Source of the DNA: Lama glama
Lineage: Eukaryota
Length of the DNA: 64,000 bases
Reading direction: 5' to 3'
Assembly: GCA_028534125.1 (NCBI GenBank)
Contig: CM052824.1
Coordinates: forward strand, 1,116,001-1,180,000
The notes under the pieces are model-generated. The model worked only from the letters and a program-made list of their open reading frames with translations. It searched no databases and was not told the DNA's origin. Each line of letters opens with the position of its first letter. Position 1 is the stretch's first letter. Shown one piece after another: positions 50,301-61,555 of this stretch. A program made the translations under genes and the position numbers.

Positions 50301-52160
50301 CTCTCTCTCTCTTTTTGTTTTTTTCCTTGACTCAGATTTGGTTATATTTTCCTAGGACTATATCTCTTTTATGGATGTTCTCAAATTTATTGCCAGAGAA
50401 TGATTCATGCTATTTTTTCAAAAATTCTTTTAAAACTCAATAGCTTTTGTTAAAATGACACCTTTTAAATATTGAAATTTTTTACAATTATCTGGTCAAT
50501 CTTGTCTGAGTTTTATAAATTTTACTAATCATTTTGAACAACAAATCTTAGGTTTTACTCATTTTTTGTTTTCTATTTCATTAATTTCTGCTTTTATCTT
50601 TTTTATTATTCCATTTTCTTAGGGTGTGTTTTGTACTTTTTCCAAACTCTGAAACTTAGATGTATATAGCTTATTAATTTTAAACCTCTATATTTTTCTA
50701 ATGTTAGCATTTTAAGGCTATAATTTTTCCTCTAAAGACCACTTTAGCTGCATTTCTTAAGTTTTGATATATAGTTTTTAGTATTTTTATTATTATTCTG
50801 TACTATTTTCTAATTTTCATAATGATTTATTCATTGACTCATTAGTCATTTAAAAGTGTTTCAGATTTTGTTGAGAATTGTGTAATGGTCTAGTAGGTGG
50901 TCAATTTTCAAATTCAATTGCTAGGTGCTTATGTTTTACATAGATATTTTAGATTAAGTTTGCTATGTGTGTTTTACAAATCTATATTCTCATTCATTTT
51001 TGTCTGCTCAATCTAGCAATTTAAAAAAGTTGTGTTAAAATATCCCTCAATTAAAGCATATTTATCAGTTTCTTCATGTAGTTCTTCCTATTTTTGATTT
51101 ATATTTATTTTCAACTGTGTTAATAGCAATGAACACCTTTAAAACTTCATATCTTCCAGATGTAAATCTGTTTGAATTACTTAATGATGATTTTAATATA
51201 CAGTAATGCTTTTAATATTGAAATCTACTTTTCATTGTTTAAACTATTTTATTATTACAATATTTAATCCTTTTTTTGGTTCAGTATTTCTTTTTTATCC
51301 TTTTACTTTAAGCATTTTTTAGTCCTATATTTTGGGGTTTTTTTTGGGGGGGAGACTGGAAATACATATATATGGATTTTGAAAACAAAGCTTCATCATC
51401 CGATATTTGTCTTTTATTTAACTGGAGTGCCTAGTTCATTTCAATGTATTGCAGCCATCGTATATTTGAATGAATATCTCTATTTCATTATGTGCTGTTT
51501 TGTTCAATTCTATGTTTGATCAACTTTTTCTGGGGAAATGACTTGAGATCTAGTTTTGAGGGGCCTTCCTCTGTAAAGATATTTGTTTCTTCTAATTTGG
51601 AACTTCCAAACAAGAATATCTCTTAAAATAATTTCTGGATTTTTTTTTTTTGGCTAAAACAGGTAGTGTGAATATGTATGAGCGATAAACTTGAGTGAAG
51701 GTTGGCTTCTGAATTAACAGGAGAAAATTTCATCTCTACTGAGACATAAATTTCTCTGTTATTTCCTTATAAGACAAGCTTTCTTCTCCTTCACCCATCC
51801 TCTGGGTGAAGACCCTTGTGGTCTTGGCCTTACATGATGTTGTCCTATCAGAATCTCCAAGTTAAGAGCCCTCTATGGTTTGCTTCCTGTCTTTGTCACA
51901 GCCATCAAGACTGAACTTCTGGTTCTAAGGGAACAGTAGTTGCCACTCAGCTATTCCAGCCTCGTGTGCTTTTATTTGGACCTTCAAAGGCCTTACTAGT
52001 CTAGACTCTTGCTGTCACTCACATTTGGTCCCTGGGGATTCTCTCTACCTTCTTGCCTACTCAGTTGAAAATTTTTTGAATTTAGTATATATTTATGTAG
52101 ATTTTTTATAGCAGGATAATTAAGATATCTTGCCTCTCATAGTACTAAATCTGGAAGTTC
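47350..52160 (-). mobile_element. Long decayed L1ME-type element (3' end at left, ORF2 remnants, 5' UTR-like end at right), interrupted by a Charlie element
   Basis: ORF 49125-49313 (-) FRGIPYSRIGRPNFIKTSILPNLICRFSAML matches the ORF2p segment [30 protein letters not shown]. The + strand is T-rich over ~4 kb. The end at ~52160 (minus 'gaacttccagattt...') resembles the 5' end at 12320. Confidence 0.8.
47785..48243. mobile_element. hAT-Charlie DNA transposon derivative (Charlie1b/MER64-like)
   Basis: Termini 'cagaagtgatcaaactttctggtctcacgacccctt' and 'cacactttgagaaccactg'. Internal 'ttagaaattaaaa...cattacatgttaata...gaaaagagtgacattattct' follows the recalled Charlie1 consensus. Confidence 0.75.
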
Positions 52161-52399
52161 TTTCTCATTCTACTCTTAAAGAATTATGTTTGGATATTAA
52201 AAAGATACAGAGTTCATCAAATCATTAAGTTTTAGTTCTAATTCATGACAGAACTACCCAAGGGATGAGCAGATGTGGGATAGTCCATGAATTGTTTGAC
52301 CAGAAACAATCTGTTTGATGTTGTAATATACACAGTGTTAGAAGAGGGAGACACTAGTTAGCCTGGGAAATGAAGGTAGAAGCCAAATATTCACCCACA

Positions 52400-52625
52400 T
52401 ACTCATCCAGTGGGCAGACGGGCGTTCTGTACCCACTCCATGTCAGAAACTGGGCAATGTGCTGAGGGTAAAGCTGGGAATAAGACAGACAGGACCCTTG
52501 TGCTCCCAGAGCTTACTATTTGTCTGAGAGTAGGCTGAAGGTGCATGGAACAATGAAAGGGGTCAAAATGGAGAGAAGCCAAAGCATGAGCAAGAGCTGG
52601 TGGGAACAAACAGGAGAGGCACAAA
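52400..52625 (-). mobile_element. L2 remnant
   Basis: 'cactccatgtcagaaactgggcaatgtgctgaggg...gaataagacagacaggacccttgtgctcccagagcttactatt'. Confidence 0.7.
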
Positions 52626-53095
52626 CAGCAAGGGCAGTGGCTGCTCAAGTAACAGACAGTTAAGGAAACAATTTAGGGAATAGCAGTCTTGCACACAGCA
52701 GTGACATTCCACAACAGACCTACATTCTTCAGAGGCAAATAAGATCTCTTAAGGAGACTGTGACGTCTCGATAAGGATGAGCATTTAGGGAAATGCCTTT
52801 ACCAGGTCTTCAGAGCTTTTAAAAATCTGTAGAAGATTTTTGCATCTGCTGTGTATCCCAAATTACAGTAGATAAGGTATTGTGAAATAGTAATGAATGA
52901 ACCAGGACTAAGATCCCGTGTGTCACTTTTGTTTTAGGTAGACAAGAAGTCTTACATTGAACTTGAATCTTATGTAGATGTTACACATCTCTGATCATTG
53001 GTCACTTTTCGGATGTCAGAAATGTCCTTTTTTTCACATTTAATGCCGCCAGAACTGTAATCCAATAACAATTTTCCCAGTAAGTGCTTCTCACG

Positions 53096-53110
53096 TGCCA
53101 CTAGGGAGCA
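53096..53110 (+). promoter_or_regulatory. CTCF-like motif (predicted)
   Basis: TGCCACTAGGGAGCA is one mismatch from CCASYAGRKGGC. It overlaps a CACGTG E-box in repeat-free sequence. Confidence 0.45.
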
Positions 53111-54374
53111 ATTGCTTTGCTACACTGCACTTAAAAGGAGTTTAAACTAAAAAGACACAAAATTCACTTTCTTGTCTACTGTGGTTGTGAATACGCTAAA
53201 AAATAATATTTTAAATTATTGAACTTTCACTCCTATGAGACATCAATGTAATTGCAGAGAGGGCACCTTTAATTTTTTTATACGCTTATTTATTAATAAA
53301 GAAGAACTTTATGTTCATCCACCAAAAGAATGGTCCAGTGGAACAAAACAATAATGCAACGAAACTTCGAGTTCATTAAATTGGAATGCCGAGACTGAAT
53401 TACTAATTTATGTTGTTTTTAATTTCATGTTATAAATTATACTATTTTAAAATATAGGAGGGAACCGTTCCCTTGGAGTCTGCTTACCTCCAACTCTGAC
53501 TCAGAAAGTTTTATTTGTCCCTGGGGAACTGGGAGGTAGAGAGATTCACTGAAAAATTGTAGTTTTACAGGAGCATTCCATGAAACATTCATAGACATGT
53601 TTCTGCATTACAGGAAGCTTAATAAACACAGCCAGTCATTTAAAAATACAGATGGCACTGTAAGGCTTTTGAAAGGCATTTTCCTAGAGGAAAAGGTGGA
53701 TTTTGAAGATCGGACTTCAGGGGTACCACAGATATGTTTGCCAGGAAGTTCACCCTGAGATGCGGATAGTGAACAGTTGATGTGGGGTCCCCACTTTGGG
53801 GTGGGGGAGGAAAGCAGGCCTGGGGGCTGGGCTTTAATGCAGCCTCAAAGGAGGCCTCGGCCAAGTTCCTGGGAGCTTTGGGAACGGGCTAAATTTCAGA
53901 GATGGAAGAGAGAACCACTCTTTTACCTCTGGAGTGATCAGCCATGAGATGCAGGCTGATCCTGGGAAGAAGCCTGGCCTGGGGTGAGGTGAGGCGATTC
54001 TCTGCAGAGCAGGGTGGTAGCAGTGCAGTGGGACAGACACATCTTTCACTCCTAAAGATAGATTTGGGAGACCTGCATCCATCTGCAGATCTGGGATATA
54101 TCTGCATCATGGGATCAATCCATCATTAAATAGAATTTGAACAAAATCAGAACAACTTTTGCCCAAAATTAATGAAGGACAAATATCTGACTTGGAAGAC
54201 TTTAGTCTGTTAAGAATTATCTCCACTCACTTAGTAACCATGCCTTTAGTAGTACTTGTTATGTGCAGACATTTTACCAGAGGTTGTGGAAACATGGTGG
54301 AGATGACTCCATCACAGGAGGACCATGAGCACTGAGCATCCAACAGAGCCCAAGCATTTTATATGGACTTGTTC

Positions 54375-54510
54375 ATCTAGTCCTTGTGAAACCAATTCTG
54401 ATGAGGAAACCTGAGATTTTGTGTGTTAAAAATTTGCCCAAGGCCACATAGTAAGTAGATGGTGGACCAGGGAAGTAGTCTGTCCTGCCTGAGCCCAGAG
54501 AATTCAATCC
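54375..54510 (-). mobile_element. MIR SINE
   Basis: 'tgatgaggaaacctgagattttgtgtgttaaaaatttgcccaaggccacatagtaagtagatggtggaccaggg'. Confidence 0.8.
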
Positions 54511-54520
54511 TATTACAAAG

Positions 54521-54604
54521 CAGGAAGGAAGGCAGGCAGGAAGGGAGGAAACAAAGGAGGGAGGGAGGAAGGAAAGAAGAAAGGAAAGGAGGAAGGGAAG
54601 AGGG
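54521..54604 (+). repeat. Purine-rich (GGAA/GGCA)-type low-complexity repeat
   Basis: 'caggaaggaaggcaggcaggaagggaggaaacaaaggagggagggaggaaggaaagaagaaaggaaaggaggaagggaagaggg'. Confidence 0.9.
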
Positions 54605-57600
54605 CGACTGGTCAGGTAGGTAAAGAGAGAATTTGAATTGTAGCTGGCAATACAAATTTATAAACTATCTCTTGTAAGAGGGTATTATAAGGTTTATTAA
54701 CAGCTTTTAGAAAAAGTAGGCTGTTCCAATTTCAGAATAAATAAATGTGGATAGAGGATGTTTGGTAATAATTTTGAGAGAGAGAACTAAAAAGTTTTAA
54801 TATCTTCAGTCCTCTGTAACATCTGTACTGTTATAGTGTTGACATTTGCTATCTTAGCTCTCTTGGAGTTTCCTTAATGAAAAGCAGATTTTTTTAAGAG
54901 TTTTTTTTTGGGGGGGGGTTGTAGTTTTAAAAAACCTTCTTTGTCATTCAAACCTCTCCCCTGACAATTTTGTAACTTTTCAATTATAAAACTATTATAT
55001 GCTTATAATAGAAATTTTAGAAACTACAAAGATACATAAAGAGTAAAACTGACTTCAAATGCTCTTACAAAGAGATTTATAATTGTTTTTCCCTTTGACC
55101 TTCTTTTTCTTCCTTTTTTAACAAAAATCAATTTTACATTATGCATTTTTTCTCTACAAAGCAAATATAAGCTTCTCTCCAAGTCATTAAAAACTCCTTA
55201 AAACAGGATTTTAGGTGTGATATTTAGTTATATGAGCACATCTTAATCCACCTAATTCTATTGTTTTTGGACGTTTAGGTTCCATTTTTTTCAATGAAAC
55301 ATAAGTAAAAAATAATTTAGCGTTGAGAATATTATAGCAGGGAAGTGCGTCCTGTTGGGAACGATGACTTTCTTATACTGGCCCTCTCTTTTTGAGCTTC
55401 AGTTATTTTGGGCTACTGTTCATTTATAAGCCTGAAATGAAATGCCACTTAAGGAAATTGTGAGACTTGTCTGATGTCTCTTAGAAGAAGAAAAAGTTAC
55501 CCACATTTATTTATTCATTCATTACTAATTGCTGCTGTTCTGCGGCTTAGGTCTAAAAACTGTAGAGGCTTTTCAGAAAGAGGCCTTCTGAGAGCTTCTG
55601 GTTGTCTGTGACAAGCAGTCATGCACACAGGTAACACTGATGGAGGACTGTGGGCTCAAAGCCGTAAGAACTCGTATCCTTAATATTATAGAATTTCTAG
55701 AGGGTGAGAGCTTTTCTATTGGGGTGCTATAGAAGGCCCTAAGGTAATTACAACATTCTAGAATAACTTGTTTGTCATTTGTTTATGTGCGCATATATGT
55801 ATGTACAAGTGTTAGAAGGTAAAATATGATTATTTTGTTCAAAATTCTTAATTAGCCAACTTAAAAGCCATAATTAATAATTAGTAGTAATAGTCATTCA
55901 AAAAATCCTGCTCTTATGATCTCAGAGATTATCAGAAAAATAAATCATACGAGCAATTGTGACTTGAAGGTATCTCCAAGAAATACAGGTACTTTACAAG
56001 ATATGTTATGGTTCACAGTATTAAAGTTTCTCTCTCTACCATTTTTAATTTCTGAAAAAAATCATTAGATTTTATAAATACTTTTTTAAAGTTGTGTGAT
56101 GATTCAAACTTCTCCATTAAGCTGTAAAGGAAACATTTCTCCCAAAAGAAAAATCGTAGTCTCCTATCATTGCCAGTGTTTGTAGCTGACCTGCACTCAT
56201 TGAAGTCTCCTACCCGTAGCTTACTTTGGAGGTAGATGTCCTTTATCTGTCTTTATCTCAGGTGGGAGCTCCCTTATTTTAATTTGTCTTAAAGTCCAAT
56301 TCATTGTAAGATTGCAGAGTTAGAAGGAAGTGTCAGTTCCTACATACTCCTCCTCCAAGCATGCTTGGCTTTATTTTTGGAGTTCGTGCTCCTGGAACAC
56401 ACTAATTTGCCTCTCATGTTATGGCTATTTCTTTAAAGAGTGACCCATGTTGCATGTCAAATGGTTTCTTTTCAGGATGATAGTCTAACACCTTGAACCT
56501 TGAATATTCTGAAGTTTCAAAGAGCACCCAAGTCTGAGAGCCACCGTGAACTCCTCATGCAAGGAATTTCTAAGGGTCACCTTTTCATGCCCTGTGGCGA
56601 GAAGACTCTTAAAACCTGTTTCCATAAAATGGCAAATGTAAGTGCAAAGAAGATACCAATTATCAAATTTGAATCAGATTTTTAAATGATACAATGTACA
56701 TTTTTCATTATCCTTTGAGCTCTGTTATTTTCATCTTCTTGCATGGGGAAGAGTAGGATGGATGCTAATATGTTTTATGTTTATCTTTCTGGTACATCTA
56801 ATTTTTAAAGTCGTCTTCTGGCTAAAAGCAAATTCTTCTAATAGGATTCTCTGTTCAGGAAGAGAGACCAAGATGGAGAAGCATTATCACTAAACTGAGA
56901 AAGAGCTGTTCTTCTAGCCATGATGTGTTCAAAGATGAGCTCCATTAATGGAAAACAAATGATTGATAATCCAGGGGTTCACATGTGAAAGGCACTGTAC
57001 CCTGAGCAGGTAACTGGCTGTAGGTACAGGATAGCTAATGTGTGATGTCTGTGTGCATTGTTTCAGTCATAATACTCAGGGCCATCATTATGAACAAGCC
57101 AGTCACAGTCACACACAGCCACTTCTGTCTCTTGTCCGTTTTACCTAAGAATATATTTTAAGATTTTTCTATCCTTCACCTCTATTTCTTTCCTACAGCC
57201 ATAATTTCTACCAAATAATTTTGTTTCTTGGCTTTATTATTTTCTTAAGCTTTTTCAGTTGGGTGTTTTCCACAGCTGAGAGTAAGGAGTTTAATTTCTC
57301 TTACAAGCTCCCATTGGAACTCTGCAGCCAAATCCCCAAACACCTGTGGCAACCAAGAGACTGTGATGCATCTGGGAGCCACAGCTTATGGTTAATAACA
57401 GACGATCAACATAGCCTGAATGGGTGGTGGTGCAAGGAGGAGGGGGGAGCCATCTTTCCACAGCAAAATCCTGGTTTTCTGCACAAGGGGAAATTACTCT
57501 ATGTGGGACACAGAAGAAATAACTGTAACAATTATCCCCAAGCATAAGTATTTCCTCATAGATAGATTAATCATATTTAATATTAAAACCATGGAGAATT

Positions 57601-58362
57601 TCATGAAATTTACAAAAAATATGGTGGCCATTGTAGTCATTTGCATATACAGGGCACAATACAACCAAAATATTTGTAAGAAAAAATGTATTTAAAGCTG
57701 ATTCCGACAGAGGAGGAAATGATGTTGGTTTAGTGTTTCCTGGGGCGGAAAGAGTGTTTTGGTTTTTTGGGTTTTTTTTTTTTTTCAGATTATGCTTCCA
57801 AACTTGGAACTCACCTCTGTTCAGCCACCGTCCTACTCAGAAAAGTGGAAATAGCTTTTCCTGTAGAGGTTTTGAGAAGCAGGTTAAATAAAATAACAGG
57901 TTATTGCAAGTTTATAGGAAAGCATTATGTGCTCCCAGCCTCTTACATTTGATTTAAACCTGGATTCTGTTTCCTTTTGATTAATTGATTGCATTTGTAC
58001 CAGGATAAAATAATGTCATTTGTTCTGGTGTCAGCCCTGCTTTCCCCTCATACGGAAAAATAATGGGTTAGCCACCGTCCCAAACACCAGAGAAGTTAGC
58101 ACAGACACAACTTTAGAGAAAACTGGACATGAAATGTTCCTGAAAAGTCTGCATTCTCTTTCAGGATGTGATGGTGGGTTCCACAACATTTACGATTTGA
58201 AACCCTAAGGAGATACTCAATCATAAGTACATAAAACGCATTATTTTTGATCAGAGAACTCTGAAATCTGCAATGTTCTTCACTGGCACTCTTCCCTACG
58301 CTGTGCTGTCCAGAACATGTGCGCTGCTATTCTGAGCTTTCCGGAAGTGAAACAACTTTATG

Positions 58363-58502
58363 NNNNNNNNNNNNNNNNNNNNNNNNNNNNNNNNNNNNNN
58401 NNNNNNNNNNNNNNNNNNNNNNNNNNNNNNNNNNNNNNNNNNNNNNNNNNNNNNNNNNNNNNNNNNNNNNNNNNNNNNNNNNNNNNNNNNNNNNNNNNNN
58501 NN
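58363..58502. other. Assembly gap (N run)
   Basis: Run of N. Confidence 1.
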
Positions 58503-60246
58503 ATATCACAGATGATAAAAGGTGAGATAACATCATAATTCTTATCTTGTTCAATTGGATATGTGGTTGTTTTATTTTCTTTTATGAGTTTTATTCATCT
58601 TGTAACCAGTCTTGTATGTCTCATAAAAAACAAAAAGAGAGAGGTTTATGTTACTTTTTCTGTTTTGAGGAGTTTGCTTAGAGCTAAAGTATTTAGGCAG
58701 AAAACCTGATCAAAAGATCTGAATTCTTAAAATACTACCTCTGAAAAATGTGAGCAAATAATGTAAATATTTCAAATATCATTATTTCAATATTTTAAGT
58801 ACCCCCCCCAAATGATTCTGGTGCAACTTTGTCCTCTGAGAAAGCTGAAGAAAGGAACATATTGTTGTCTTGAATATATTTGAATATCACAATCACATTG
58901 TTTCCCTCCCAATGTGTTTATGAAATGGAATATTTTTAGCGAAAGGATATGGCTCCAGCCACTTATTATTTCTATAATGTTTTATTCATCCAACTGAGCA
59001 CTAAGATTTTTATAGTTCTCCAAATAGTTTACTGATCCAAGTACTTCTTTGGCTGTCAAAGTCCCTTCATGATCTCTTAAGAGAGAAACGTTATGACATT
59101 CGTAGATACAACAATTCATTAGGTTTAGCACAACTATTAGTTCTTTAATTAAATATTGACTTGAGCCTCCAGGTTCTCCTGCAGATGAAAGAGTGATCTT
59201 TTATCAGCAAGTGGTGTGCTGCTTCATGGATTTTACTCAACCAACAGTTACGGAGAGCCTCTCCTGTGCAAAGCAACACTTAGGCACCATGTGTATGCTG
59301 ACGGTGTGCCGGGAGATGGATAGAAAGAGGAAGCCGTCGCGTTTTATGGATTTTCATTATTATTACAAAGACGAGCATTAGAAAGCAAAGGGCAAAGGCT
59401 GCCGAGCTCTTTCTAAATAGGCAAGCGTGTCGCAGCTTCGGGAGGAGGGGACAGGAATGGTGGCATTTTTCAAAATGGGAATTTGGTTTTTCAGACTGAC
59501 GCCTGAAAAATAAAGACAAGGCTAAACCATTGCATCAACAAATTATTTCTTAATGGCTATTTTTATGGGACGATTTCGTTCTACGTTGGGATTAAACCGC
59601 AAATTTCAGGCACTCATTAGCGTTCCTCCTTTGCCATGTCTTTAATATGGTTGTATATTAATTCGATTGCTGTGAGTTTCCTGAAATAGAAGACTGACTC
59701 GACCCCGTGGCTGGTGCTAGAGAGATCACATCCTGTGTCACATCAGCAAATTAGCACCGAGTTTAACCCTTACATAGTAAAGCCGAGCGCGGGCGAAACA
59801 ACATCTTGGCTATTTTTCTAGCTTCCAGCACTTCATTAACTGTGGCACCACACAGGGGTTATGTAACTGTGAGCATAACTCTGTAAAGTTTATAAACATA
59901 ACAGAGAACGTTCTCACGGGCGTCCGAGGCCAGGCCGCATGCGTCGCTCCCGGAGGTCACCCAGAGGTCCTCCTGCAGAGGCGGCTCGCCCTTCAGCGGC
60001 GAGGGGAGGCGGCCCGCCTGCGCGCGCTGGCTGTCCCAGCCCTGACCCCTCCAGCGGTCGGGCGCCGCGGCCCTGCACTCCTGCCGGCACGTCGCCAGAG
60101 GAAGACTGATTGCCTCTTAATAAGGTTTCTCGGCAGTTTGACCAACCTCGGGTTTTTTTTTTTTTTTTTCCCCAGTCCCTGGGTTCTTAGCCCTTGACCC
60201 CCACAATGTGGCATTCCTTAAGGCTCCGGCCGACAACATACTCGGA

Positions 60247-60340
60247 GGGGCTGGGGGTAGCGCTCAGTGGTAGAGGGTACGCTTAGTGTGCGCAAGGTCC
60301 TGGGTTCAGTCCCCAGGACCTCCGTAAAAAGTTAAAAAAT
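60247..60340 (+). mobile_element. Camelid tRNA-derived SINE (vic-1-like), short form
   Basis: 'ggggctgggggtagcgctcagtggtagagggtacgcttagtgtgcgcaaggtcctgggttcagtccccaggacctccgtaaaaagttaaaaaa' has A/B boxes and is homologous to 4048-4122. Confidence 0.85.
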
Positions 60341-60417
60341 GACCAGACCATGGACTCCCTTAGAGGGCGGGGTTTTCAGTTGCTGCTGTGGGAAGAATCT
60401 CAGACCGACAGGTCCAA

Positions 60418-60434
60418 GAGCGCCCCCTGGACAC
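60418..60434 (-). promoter_or_regulatory. CTCF-like motif (predicted)
   Basis: Minus strand GTGTCCAGGGGGCGCTC contains the high-information CCAGGGGGCGC half of the CTCF consensus. Confidence 0.45.
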
Positions 60435-61334
60435 GGGCGGGCGGCCTCATTCCTGGCCTCAGGTGAGGCTTAGAGAATTCCCACGAGGTCCACCGTGCCT
60501 CGCCGTTCGGCAGAGCGGGGACGAGCTCAGGGTGCTCCCGAATTGTGCCTGCCTGCGTTCTTAGCCTCCTTCACCAGGCACGCCTGCACAGACAGGGTTT
60601 TAAGGACCTAAGACGCAGAGGCCACCCGGGAATTCGCCTCTGGGATCAGCCCTCCCAGAGCCTTGCGGTCAGAACTCCGTACCTAGATCGTAGTCTTGAC
60701 CATAGCAAGTTCTGGACTTTGTTATCACGTGGTCCTAAGAGATGAGACATGAGAGTGTGGTGGGTGAGCGTGTGCGTCCGCGCCTTATGCCCTGATGGGC
60801 AGAAGTCCTCGCCCTTTATCAGGGTAGGGCCCTAGGACAGGACCACCGCCACCTTGTAGGGTGATTGCATCACATGAGGCTGCAACTCTTTGGTGCTCTG
60901 TTTCAAAGTCATTATTTGAACTAGAGTAGATTCAGCAATAACTTGTGTTTATGGAACTTGACTGGGTTCCCTCCTTAACTCCATCGTCTCAATTCTTGGC
61001 TCACTAGGAGTGGCTTTTTCTCCCCTCAATTTCTGTGCTATGTTATGGAACATATAAAAATATGTTCCTCTTTCAAATCTCTGTTTCCCTCTTAGTGTGA
61101 TTTTATAGACCATTTTTAGACGCGCGCACACACACACACAAATCACTCTCTACCTCTCTTTGTCCAAATCTAACTGGGCTGCGGATAACCATGTTTGACT
61201 GAAAGGACACGCTCGGTCTTCTACCAGCCTTCACCCAGCTCTCAAAATGGAGAACTTGCTTAATTAAAGAACTCACCCTGCCTGAGATCCTGTGGGAAAA
61301 TTTCTTCCAGAAAGAACGTGGGATCCGAGGAGTC

Positions 61335-61555
61335 AAGGATTTTGGCAGTAGTCAGACTGGAGTTTAAATCCGGGATCTGGCATTTAATTACGGGGTGGCC
61401 CTGGGCAAGTTAGTTACTTAATCCTCCATGCTTCAATTTCCTCATCAATAAAAATGCAGGTCATAAGAATTACTTGACTTAAGGATTTAGCAAGTTATGT
61501 CTAATAATACCTAGTAGTGGCTGGCATGCAGTAAGTACTTAATAAGTAATAGTGA
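61335..61555 (+). mobile_element. MIR SINE
   Basis: 'agtcagactggagtttaaatccgggatctggcatttaattacggggtggccctgggcaagttagttacttaatcctccatgcttcaatttcctcatcaataaaaatg'. Confidence 0.85.

Larger units (their letters stand above)
59900..60800. promoter_or_regulatory. CpG island-like region (orphan CGI or unannotated promoter)
   Basis: GC- and CpG-rich ('cagcggcgaggggaggcggcccgcctgcgcgcgctggc', 'gcggtcgggcgccgcggcc', 'cacgggcgggcggcc'). Has a GC box GGGCGGGG at ~60365, NRF1-like CGCATGCG at ~59936 and a CTCF-like motif at 60418-60434. No recognisable CDS. Confidence 0.65.

Noticed and set aside
57199-57281. Plus-strand exon-like segment with a strong acceptor (ttctttcctacag) and gtaagg donor
   Set aside because: U-rich, intron-like body with no coding signal. 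Such pseudo-exons are common and cannot be supported without RNA data.
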